Of a DNA stretch of 64,000 nt, positions 48,110 to 56,200 are shown piece after piece. A model generated the notes under the pieces. The model ran no database searches. It saw only the letters and a list, made by a program, of their open reading frames with translations, and was not told the origin of the DNA. The stretch covers positions 1,497,089 to 1,561,088 of the forward strand of contig CBDDIB010000002.1 in NCBI GenBank assembly GCA_965228695.1. Direction: 5' to 3'. The position numbers were made by a program, and so were the translations under genes. Each line of letters begins with the position of its first letter. Within the stretch, counting starts at the first letter, position 1. This DNA is from Alphaproteobacteria bacterium (GTDB lineage: Bacteria; Pseudomonadota; Alphaproteobacteria; UBA8366).

Positions 48110-49111
48110 TTACTCCGCGGCGTGCGCGTGCGCGCCGTCCGATCGTGGTTTATTCAAGAGCGTCAGCCGCCACATCTCGCGCGGATAGCGGTCGTACTCG
48201 AACCCGGTCGCCGCATGGATCGTGCAGCGGTTGTCCCAGGCCACGATGTCGCCCGGCTGCCAGCACCACTTCACCGTAAATTCCGGCCCGGTCACGTAGG
48301 GCAGCATGTCGCGCCAGACGCGGACGCTGTCATGCTCGACGCCTTCCAGATCGCAGGTGTCCAGATCGTCGCCGGCAAAATCCTGTCCCTTCGGCAGCAC
48401 GGCGCAGGTCGAGCTGTTCAATCCGTAGAGCGCGGGCTCGCCGCTGACCGGATGCTTCAGCACGACCGGCACGCGCCGGGGCGGGTTGGCCGCCCGCTGT
48501 TCGGGTGTCAGGACCGGATAGTCCGGCGAGTAGAGATTGATCTTCTTGTCATGATGCGCGAGCGAGCAGATCGCTTCCATGCCGGCCAGTTCGCGCTTCT
48601 TCGACTCGCCCAACCGCGCGTAGGCACCGCGCGTATCCGCGAACAGCGTTTCGCCGCCCTGCGGGGGCGCTTGCCGGCAGTGGAAGACCGAGCCGATCGG
48701 GGGATTTTCCCGGAAAGTGGAATCGGTATGCCAGACAGGGCGGCGGGTCTCCGGGTTGTAGCGAATGTCGTCATCGCTGGTCAGCGCCGGAACCTTGGCG
48801 AATTGGGCCGTCCGTTTTCCGGAATCATCCTTGAGGTTGCCGATGCGCAGGATCGGATATCCCGTCACCATCTTGTCTTCGCGGGCCGACAGGCTTTGAT
48901 TCTCGACCGCGCCGAAGACGGCGGACCAGGCCACAAGTTCGTCGGGCGCGGTATTCGTCAAATCCTCGCCGCGCACGGCCAGCAAGCCGCCGTGCCGGGT
49001 CCAGAGGTCGAAGGCGTCGCGCTGAAAAGCCGCGTCGGCCAGATCGGATCGGGTGACGCCCTCGATCATGATGCCGAATTCGCCGTTCAAGGTAGAGGTC
49101 TTGTGTTCCAT
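48110..49111 (-). CDS. TauD/TfdA family Fe(II)/2OG dioxygenase
   Basis: ATG 49111 (MEHKTSTLNGEFG...). WHTDSTF, RCTIHAATGF-type C-terminus. Confidence 0.8.
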   Translation of the reverse strand: MEHKTSTLNGEFGIMIEGVTRSDLADAAFQRDAFDLWTRHGGLLAVRGEDLTNTAPDELVAWSAVFGAVENQSLSAREDKMVTGYPILRIGNLKDDSGKRTAQFAKVPALTSDDDIRYNPETRRPVWHTDSTFRENPPIGSVFHCRQAPPQGGETLFADTRGAYARLGESKKRELAGMEAICSLAHHDKKINLYSPDYPVLTPEQRAANPPRRVPVVLKHPVSGEPALYGLNSSTCAVLPKGQDFAGDDLDTCDLEGVEHDSVRVWRDMLPYVTGPEFTVKWCWQPGDIVAWDNRCTIHAATGFEYDRYPREMWRLTLLNKPRSDGAHAHAAE

Positions 49112-49209
49112 GGGTTTCGCTCGGTTCGTTGGAGTTTTTGCCGGGAGGAGTGATTTGATGTGCGCCGTTATAAAAATAGCGCAACGCGATGCGCTGGCAA
49201 CAGGCCTCG

Positions 49210-49995
49210 TCAATTGTCACGGCAAACGGTTGTTTCCGATTCCGCGGCCTCCAGCTCAATCAGCTTCTCCAATTGCTCGCGCGTGATCGCGCCTTCCACA
49301 ATCGTGCGGCCGACGACGAAAGAGGGCGTGCCGGTGAAACCGAGCTGCTTGGCGATTTGGTCGTTTCGGCGCAGGACCGTGCCGATTTCCGCCGATTTCA
49401 TGTCGCGCAGCAGTCGGTTACCGTCGATGCCGACATCCTTTGCGACGAGCCGGAAGATGCCCTCGGTCGGTATGCCGCGCGTCTTCATTAGGGTCTCGTG
49501 GAAACGCACATATTGGTCTTGCCGCGCGGCCGCCAATGCCGCGCGCGCCGCCCGGTCGGACGCCGGACCGAGAATGGGCCATTCCTTGTAGACGACACGC
49601 AGGCGCGGATCCTTCGCTTGGATGTCGCCGAGATACGCGGAAACGACCCGGCAATAGGGGCACTGATAATCGAAGAACTCGACGATCGTCACCGCGGCGT
49701 CGGCCGGGCCGGCCGCCGGATCGTCAGGGTCATTGAACAGCGCGGCGCAGATATCGGTGACCGGTTCCGTATTCCGCCGCTCGGCCCCGAATTCGACGCC
49801 GGTCAGCGGCACGGCCGCCGGGCCCGGGCGTGACGTGCCGCCGGACAGGACCAGTTCGCGGAACCCTTCGGGCTGCTCCCGCGGCTGGAATTCGAGATCG
49901 TCGGCCGACCGGTGCGAAATGAATATATTGACCGCGATCAGGGCCGCGGCGGCGACGAGCAGAATTCTGTAGTTTTGCGGAATGCGCAGTTTCAT
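49210..49995 (-). CDS. DsbA-family thiol:disulfide oxidoreductase, membrane anchored
   Basis: N-terminal TM ILLVAAAALIAVNIFI. Thioredoxin-fold active site FDYQCPYC. Confidence 0.85.
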   Translation of the reverse strand: MKLRIPQNYRILLVAAAALIAVNIFISHRSADDLEFQPREQPEGFRELVLSGGTSRPGPAAVPLTGVEFGAERRNTEPVTDICAALFNDPDDPAAGPADAAVTIVEFFDYQCPYCRVVSAYLGDIQAKDPRLRVVYKEWPILGPASDRAARAALAAARQDQYVRFHETLMKTRGIPTEGIFRLVAKDVGIDGNRLLRDMKSAEIGTVLRRNDQIAKQLGFTGTPSFVVGRTIVEGAITREQLEKLIELEAAESETTVCRDN

Positions 49996-50104
49996 GCCTT
50001 TTGGATGCCACAGCCGGGCGGCCCATGCACCACAATCGTTGGTGATTTGTTGTTTCGAGCGCTATCGCAAAGAGACCGGGTCAATCAATTCGCCCTAGAG
50101 TCCC

Positions 50105-51364
50105 TTACGTCCGTGTTTTCGCGATCGCCGCCGCGACCTTGCCCCGGTGGGTCAGGCGGCCGAACACGGGCAGCCCCGATATCCGCCAGAACAGGCGTTG
50201 CGTCACATAGACCGCGGGCCGATGGATGTAGCAGATCGGGACCAGGGGCTTGGCGCGGGGACCGAAGCGGTAAAGCAGGAAATCGCTCGACGGCAGGAAT
50301 AGAAAGCGGAGTAGTGTCCGATGACCTTGCCTGCTGCGCATTCTGTCTCGCCAAATCTCGCGAAAGGTAGTGACACCGCCGACCGCGCCGGATAATGCGG
50401 CTTCGATCGCTTTGCGGTTCGTCCAGCGGGGGCTTGTGTCGAATGTGGTCAATACGTGCTCGGGCACCGGCGCATCCAGGCATTCGGTCAGGTACCGCAG
50501 CATCGTATCGACGGGAAGGTCGAGCCGGCTGTCCCTCACGATTCGGCTGAATTCGGGCCAGTCGATGCCGGGGTTCCCGTCGATCAATAGCTTGGCGTCG
50601 CAGGCCCAACGCAGATGCCCGCGCGTCCGTTCGTGGAAGGCGGCGGTCAGGATGTAGATCAAGTGATGGGTCGGCGACGGGATGCGCACCGGAACGCCCG
50701 CAATCTCGGCGGGCAGGCTGGCCGACCAGAGCGCGGCCGCGTCGTGGTGATAGACCGGTACGTCATACAGCGCCGTATGGACCACGAGCGGCAGCCCGTC
50801 CGTGTGCCGAAACCCCTGCCGGGCACCCGGCGCCGCCTCGGGCAGCCGCGCAGGAACGAATCCGCAGCCGCGCAACGCTTCGCCGGCAGCGGTCAACGCG
50901 TCCGGATGGACGAGCAGGTGCAGCGCATGGCAGTGCCGCTCGACCGGTGATTCGTACACGGTGTCGGCCAAGGCGCCGCCCCGCAGGGCGATGACTGGGA
51001 TATCCGCGCCGGTCGAAGCGGTCAAAATGTCGGCGTGAATTTCGCGGATAACGGTGCTGCGCAATTCCTCGCGGACGGTGGCGACCCGAAGGTAGGACTG
51101 CAGCTCTTTTTCGAGGGTGAAATCGTTGCGCCGCGCCGCGCCGTAGATGACGGGCAGCAAGCCTTTCAGCCCCGTTAGGTCGGTTTCGAAGAATTGCTTC
51201 AGATCGCCGGCGAGCGCCTGGAAGTCGCGCCAAGCGGCCGCCGCCGCATCGGGCGGGCAAAGACACGCCCGCAACAGCAGCGTGCGGAGTCGATCCGGCC
51301 GGACGATGTCCAGCGCAAATCTGACTTCCGCCACTCTCCCATCGGACTCGTCAGGGTTTTGCAT
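50105..51364 (-). CDS. NTP_transf_5-type (uncharacterised nucleotidyltransferase family) protein, paralogue with degenerate DxD motif
   Basis: Collinear with 54785..55927. At the position of RDLDMVV it reads HALHLLV (ALH codons at 50918-50926, checked in the DNA). Overlaps the GT2 stop by 14 nt. Confidence 0.65.
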   Translation of the reverse strand: MQNPDESDGRVAEVRFALDIVRPDRLRTLLLRACLCPPDAAAAAWRDFQALAGDLKQFFETDLTGLKGLLPVIYGAARRNDFTLEKELQSYLRVATVREELRSTVIREIHADILTASTGADIPVIALRGGALADTVYESPVERHCHALHLLVHPDALTAAGEALRGCGFVPARLPEAAPGARQGFRHTDGLPLVVHTALYDVPVYHHDAAALWSASLPAEIAGVPVRIPSPTHHLIYILTAAFHERTRGHLRWACDAKLLIDGNPGIDWPEFSRIVRDSRLDLPVDTMLRYLTECLDAPVPEHVLTTFDTSPRWTNRKAIEAALSGAVGGVTTFREIWRDRMRSRQGHRTLLRFLFLPSSDFLLYRFGPRAKPLVPICYIHRPAVYVTQRLFWRISGLPVFGRLTHRGKVAAAIAKTRT

Positions 51365-52055
51365 TCGTCGCCCGGCGCCGCGCGATCGCCGCTTCCGCCA
51401 GTTTGAGCAAGTCCGTCCGCAGCCCCTCGTCCTGTTGGCGGCTCATGTTGTTCTCGTGAATCCGCCGCCGGACGAGGACCCGGTTCACATGCTCGACCGG
51501 CACGCCCGCCGCCTTGGCATGGAACAGCAGGCCGGCCGTTTCGTCGTTTTGACCGCTATCGGTACTGAACCCGCCGATGCGGTCGATGACGTCCCGGCGC
51601 AGCAGCATCCCCTGCAGGGTGGTCAGGCGTGCGCCGTCATGCTCGGTGCCGCGCAATTGCTCTGCTTCGTGGGCCAGTTCCGCTTCCCAGAAATTCTCGA
51701 TCAGGCAGGTGCAGACCCCCGCGTCCGGTTTGCGGATCAGCCGTTCGACCTGCAACGCCGTCTTTTCCGGCAGCCAAAGATCGTCGGCGTCCTGAAAGGC
51801 GATGATGCTGCCCGTCGCCGCCGCCATCCCTCTGTTCCGGGCCGCCTTTACGCCTGCATTCGGCTGATCGATCACCGTGATGCGGTCGCCATAGCCGTCG
51901 AGGATCGCCTTTGTCCCGTCGGTCGATCCGTCATTCACGACGACGATCTCCATCGGGCCGTAGGCCTGTTGCAGCACGCTCTCGAGGCATTCGGCGATGA
52001 AGCGTTCACCGTTGAACACCGGGATCACGCAACTGACGACGGGAGAAGCTGACAT
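51351..52055 (-). CDS. glycosyltransferase family 2 (GT-A)
   Basis: ATG 52055 (MSASPVVSCVIPVFNGERFI...). VVVNDGSTDGT, FQDADDLW. Confidence 0.85.
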   Translation of the reverse strand: MSASPVVSCVIPVFNGERFIAECLESVLQQAYGPMEIVVVNDGSTDGTKAILDGYGDRITVIDQPNAGVKAARNRGMAAATGSIIAFQDADDLWLPEKTALQVERLIRKPDAGVCTCLIENFWEAELAHEAEQLRGTEHDGARLTTLQGMLLRRDVIDRIGGFSTDSGQNDETAGLLFHAKAAGVPVEHVNRVLVRRRIHENNMSRQQDEGLRTDLLKLAEAAIARRRATNAKP

Positions 52056-52071
52056 AGCGGCCTTGCCTGCC

Positions 52072-52488
52072 TTACGGCTTGAGGTTGGACAGCTCGGGAA
52101 GCGGCGGGTCGAGCGCGAAAAGGTCGACCATGTCGTCGAACTTGTTGAGCTGCGGCGTGGCATAGGCGTCGCCGTCAGGGGCGTTCTCCGGGATGGCCGC
52201 CGTGCTTGCCGCTTCCGCGTCGCTCGGCAACGCCAGCCGTTCCTCGACGAGCTTATCGGCCAGGGTTTCCACATCGGCCGCGGCGACGGACTTTTCGATG
52301 CCGTAGCGATTGGCCACGGCGTCGGCGATCGTATCCAGGTCGTTTCCGTTTTCGATCAACGACCAGATGTAACCGCCCACCAGGTCCATGCTGTAATACA
52401 TGCCGTTGGACAGGTTGATCAGGACCGCTTCGCCGTCGACTTCCTTGGCGGCGACTTCCGCCGTGTTGGGTTTGAGAATTTTCTGCAT
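52072..52488 (-). CDS. PqqD-family protein (RiPP-recognition-element fold) with ~45-aa acidic/Pro-rich C-terminal tail
   Basis: ATG 52488 (MQKILKPNTAEVAAKEVDGEAVLINLSNGMYYSMDLVGGYIWSLIENGNDLDTIADAVANRYG...). The upstream part of track ORF 52072..52623 overlaps GT4 and is discarded. Confidence 0.8.
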   Translation of the reverse strand: MQKILKPNTAEVAAKEVDGEAVLINLSNGMYYSMDLVGGYIWSLIENGNDLDTIADAVANRYGIEKSVAAADVETLADKLVEERLALPSDAEAASTAAIPENAPDGDAYATPQLNKFDDMVDLFALDPPLPELSNLKP

Positions 52489-52525
52489 GGTGCTTCTTTT
52501 TCTGATTGTTGGATCGGTTAATCCA

Positions 52526-53713
52526 TCAAACGGATGGAGAGGATTGGGGTGTCCGTGACATCGTACTTCGCGGGGCGCCGGGTCGAACCGAAGAGTCATC
52601 CAGAACCCGCCGGTAAAGTGCATCGTAGGCGTCCACGTTGGCTTCGATGCCGAACCGTTCTATCGCATCCTTGCGCGCACTTCGGCCGAGCTCGTCGGCG
52701 AGATTGGGCTGCGATAGGAGCCGTTTCAGCCGGTCGGCTAGGGCGAACGGATCCTCTTTGTCGACGAGATATCCGGTCGTGCCGTCGATCACGACTTCCG
52801 CCAGGCCCCCGGTACGGGCCGCGACCACTGGCCGGGCCATGAGGGCGGCCTCGATCGCCACGAGACCGAAAGGTTCGCGCCAGCGGGACGGCACGGCCAT
52901 GACGGTCGACCGGTTGATCAGGTCGAAGACAGAATCCGGGTCGACCCAGCCGGTGAACGTCACCGAATCGCCGAGGCCAAGGACCTTTGCCTGCTCTTCG
53001 AGCACAGCCCGTTCGGGTCCGTCGCCGGCGACTGTAAGCCGAGCCTCCGGAAAGCTCTCCCGGACATCGGCGAACGCCTCGAGGGCGACGTCGAACCCTT
53101 TTTCACGGATAAGCCGGCCGATGCACAGGATGTGCGGCGGTCCGTCCGGCATCGGTGCCGGGTCGGTGCCGCCGACGGTCAGTCCGTTGTGTATGCGGGA
53201 CGATTTGTCCTTTATCGCGGGGAACATCGACCGGATGTCGCCGAGGGTGGCGTCCGATACGGCGGTGACCCATGCCGCCTCGTCGAAGGCGCGGTGGACG
53301 ATGCCGCCCATCCCGCCGGATTCCGAAAAATCCGCGTGGATCGCGACCACGGTGGGGATCGGCGCGCGCCGGTTGCTTTCGAGATGCAGCGCGATGCTGG
53401 GCCCGTAGAGATTTGCATGGATCAGGTCGGGGGCCGCCTCGTTCCGGATCGCGGCTATTTTTCGCCGCAGGCTGATGAAGGCCTCCGGATCGCGGCTGCG
53501 AAGAACGTCGTGAAACGGGAGCCGATGAATGACCGTTCCATCGATGACTTCGTGCTCCGGATAATCGAGCTGTTGGGTCGTCACCACGGTGATGTCGTAG
53601 CCCCGCGTTCTGAGCACGGGGATGACCTGTGCCGCGAGGGTCTCGACACCGCCGATCGTGGGCCAGAAGAATTCGGTCCAATAGAGCAGGCGGATGGATT
53701 TGCCGCTATGCAT
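52526..53713 (-). CDS. glycosyltransferase family 4 (GT-B)
   Basis: ATG 53713 (MHSGKSIRLLYWTEFFWPTIGGVE) overlaps the upstream stop by 8 nt (ATGCATAG). EPFGLVAIEAALMARPVVAARTGGLAEVV. Confidence 0.85.
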   Translation of the reverse strand: MHSGKSIRLLYWTEFFWPTIGGVETLAAQVIPVLRTRGYDITVVTTQQLDYPEHEVIDGTVIHRLPFHDVLRSRDPEAFISLRRKIAAIRNEAAPDLIHANLYGPSIALHLESNRRAPIPTVVAIHADFSESGGMGGIVHRAFDEAAWVTAVSDATLGDIRSMFPAIKDKSSRIHNGLTVGGTDPAPMPDGPPHILCIGRLIREKGFDVALEAFADVRESFPEARLTVAGDGPERAVLEEQAKVLGLGDSVTFTGWVDPDSVFDLINRSTVMAVPSRWREPFGLVAIEAALMARPVVAARTGGLAEVVIDGTTGYLVDKEDPFALADRLKRLLSQPNLADELGRSARKDAIERFGIEANVDAYDALYRRVLDDSSVRPGAPRSTMSRTPQSSPSV

Positions 53714-54788
53714 GACCGGCAACCTCGCGGCTGATCCGCCGGACGGTGGGGCCGATGTCGCCGACGTTATGGCCAAGCTCCAACCAGAAGGCCGGCACCG
53801 TGGTTACCATGTCGCCGAGTTTGTCCAGCGATCGCGGCGCCGCGCCGGGTAGGATGATGATCGAACTTGGCGCGAGGGCGAGCATGGCTTCCATCGGTTT
53901 CGCCGACCGGTAGGTCGTCTGGGGTTGGTCGACGACCCTCGGCAGTATGACCGCGGAGATCGGCGTTTCCTTGGCAAAGCGCCCGCCCGGGTGATCCCGC
54001 AGATACGCGACCGACTTGTGCTCGATTTCGTGGTTTGGCTTGTGCGCGATCGCGGCGAGCGCGGGGAACCGGCTGATATGGTCATTGGCGATCAAGCAGG
54101 TCGCGTAGAGCGAATGACCGGTCAGTCCGCCATCCTTGCGCTGTGCCAGGGCGACAAAATCGTCGCTCAGGAAATCGAAACCTTCCAGGAAGCTGGCGAC
54201 AGACGATGTGCTCTTGCCGGATCCGCCGCTGCCGACGAAAAGGAGGCCTTGGTTTTCGGCGATCGCCAGGGCGGCGTGGATGAATTGTACGTCGTGATCG
54301 TCCAGCCAGATCGATAGCAGGCGATGGAAGGGCCGTGCCCGTTCGTCGAGAAACAACAGGGACCGGCTCCGGACGCAACCGGTGATCCGGTCCGCTTTCC
54401 GGTCCAGCAGCATGACCGCCGATTCACGCTGGTGCAGAACGTGCCGACCGTCGGGAGTTACGGCGACGTTGCCATAGAAATCGACCTCTTCGGGCCAGCG
54501 GGTCCAAAAAGCCGGTCCGGCGGCTTCCTCGTCCCAGACCTCGACCGTCAGGGCGGGGTCAACGCCATCCTGCGCACGCAAATGGCACATCGACCGGTCG
54601 ATGTCCGCCGCGAGGTCGTTGCCGACAATGCGCAGGCGGACCGGAAATCCCGCGATTCGATAATCCATTTCGACGATCGGGTTCGACGCCCGGCCGGCCA
54701 GGCTGGTGAAAGTGCCGCCCAATTTATCGATCGCGTCGGCGATGTCGATTTCCGGGGCCGGCACGGCGGTGACGCTATCGGTACTCAT
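53706..54788 (-). CDS. HPr-kinase-related P-loop kinase-like protein
   Basis: ATG 54788 overlaps the upstream stop (ATGA). Walker-A-like GSGGSGKST (54207-54233, checked in the DNA), followed by FLSDDF. The N-terminal 180 aa of the track ORF 53706..55340 are an alternative-frame read through the upstream gene. Confidence 0.7.
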   Translation of the reverse strand: MSTDSVTAVPAPEIDIADAIDKLGGTFTSLAGRASNPIVEMDYRIAGFPVRLRIVGNDLAADIDRSMCHLRAQDGVDPALTVEVWDEEAAGPAFWTRWPEEVDFYGNVAVTPDGRHVLHQRESAVMLLDRKADRITGCVRSRSLLFLDERARPFHRLLSIWLDDHDVQFIHAALAIAENQGLLFVGSGGSGKSTSSVASFLEGFDFLSDDFVALAQRKDGGLTGHSLYATCLIANDHISRFPALAAIAHKPNHEIEHKSVAYLRDHPGGRFAKETPISAVILPRVVDQPQTTYRSAKPMEAMLALAPSSIIILPGAAPRSLDKLGDMVTTVPAFWLELGHNVGDIGPTVRRISREVAGHA

Positions 54789-55927
54789 TGCATCGACTGC
54801 CCATACTTCGACAGCGATTCCCGGAAGCCGCCCCGGTGCTGGCGCATGACATTGAAAATGTGTTTGGCACGGTGCGCCTGCATGCTCAGCCCGCGCGTGC
54901 CGCAGCCGTATGTCAGGTCGAGGTGATGCGGTTTCAGCGGGGCGGTGACACCGGCGATCCAACGCGCAATATAGGTCAGGCGCGGCGAGTTCTGTTGGAA
55001 CAAGCAGTGTTTCAGATGGAAACGGGCGCTCAAAGTGTTCGTATTCAAATCCTCGGGAACCGGTGCGCCCAGCAATTCGCGAACCAACAGGAGGCGCGCC
55101 CGGAAGGCCCGGCCCATGCCGTGGTCCTGCAGATGCGCGGCGATGGACCGCCAGTCCAGCGTGTCTTCGTATCGGACGCAAATCGCCGCCAGATCGATAA
55201 GTTGGCGCAGACAGACTTCGCCGAGCAGGTATCCCGTGTCCTGAATTTCGGAGTTGAAGATATTGTGCAGGACGCGATGTTCGGGCGACAGCGCAACCAT
55301 GTTGAGACCCTCGACATCGACCCGAACCGCGTGTGCCCATGCCGCCTCAGCGTTGATGAAATGGCGTTGTTCGCCGGCCTGAATATGAAGCTCGACCGGG
55401 ACCATCCGGTCTTTACGGTGAAGCGGGCGGTAGTGATAGGTCCAGCGCTCCTCGGCGTCCCTGGGTTCGTAGCCGGCTTTCTCCATGACGCCGACACAGG
55501 CATCGAGGGCGTCGAGCGGCACGACCATATCCAGGTCGCGCAGGACCCGACCGCCAATACCGTCCGCCGGCGTTTCGAAGAGGAAGAGACCGCCCTTCAG
55601 GATCATCGGCGTGCACGCCACCGAATTGAGCAGCCCGACGACTTCCTCGGCTTCGCTCTTGATCCTCTCGTTGATTTCCTGGCCCATGAAATACCGGCGG
55701 CGCAGCGCCTGTTGCGCCGTTTTAGGAAGGTCGTCGCATAGACCGCGCCGGCGCAATGCAACCGCAAACGCCCCGGTCACATGCTCCTGATCGGCGAGTC
55801 GAAGCAGACGGGACCAATCCAAGTCGCGGGCGGCAAGGTCCGCCGCCAACGCGGCGCTATCCTCATCGGTCGGTGCGACGTTCAACGCACGGGTAATGAT
55901 GGAAAACGTGTGGCGAAAACCGGTCAT
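54785..55927 (-). CDS. NTP_transf_5-type nucleotidyltransferase-fold protein (DxD motif intact)
   Basis: ILKGGLFLFE...GGRVLRDLDMVVP (DLD codons at 55529-55537, checked). An upstream in-frame stop at 55946-55948 fixes the ATG at 55927. Confidence 0.7.
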   Translation of the reverse strand: MTGFRHTFSIITRALNVAPTDEDSAALAADLAARDLDWSRLLRLADQEHVTGAFAVALRRRGLCDDLPKTAQQALRRRYFMGQEINERIKSEAEEVVGLLNSVACTPMILKGGLFLFETPADGIGGRVLRDLDMVVPLDALDACVGVMEKAGYEPRDAEERWTYHYRPLHRKDRMVPVELHIQAGEQRHFINAEAAWAHAVRVDVEGLNMVALSPEHRVLHNIFNSEIQDTGYLLGEVCLRQLIDLAAICVRYEDTLDWRSIAAHLQDHGMGRAFRARLLLVRELLGAPVPEDLNTNTLSARFHLKHCLFQQNSPRLTYIARWIAGVTAPLKPHHLDLTYGCGTRGLSMQAHRAKHIFNVMRQHRGGFRESLSKYGQSMQ

Positions 55928-56200
55928 GATCGGAACGTCGATCCATTATGTGATGCGCGTTGTTTTCCAAATTGCTACGAGCGAAGTTGGGATACGGGAA
56001 AATCGGATAAAATTCTGATTCCTCGGGATATTTCGCGCAGCATTCGAAGGAATACCCGCAATGGTAGGCGATGGCCGCTATACCGGTCTATCGGCCACAA
56101 TGAGTATCCCTTTCAGTCAACGCCGGCGTACTAAATGACTGCCCACAAAGGTATCCCAGATTTTCGAGTGAATTGGGCTCGTTGGTTTCCAGAGGGCGAA

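Noticed and set aside
55850-56087. Aromatic/Cys-rich reading frame in the operon gap (…AYHCGYSFECCAKYPEESEFYPIFPYPNF…), tempting as a P450-crosslinked RiPP core
   Set aside because: After its upstream stop (56088-56090) there is no ATG/GTG/TTG until far downstream, past the aromatic-rich stretch. Its only ATG (55946) gives a 27-aa product that overlaps the next gene out of frame. The Tyr/Phe richness is what AT-rich DNA yields by composition. It is worth a look only if comparative data show frame conservation.
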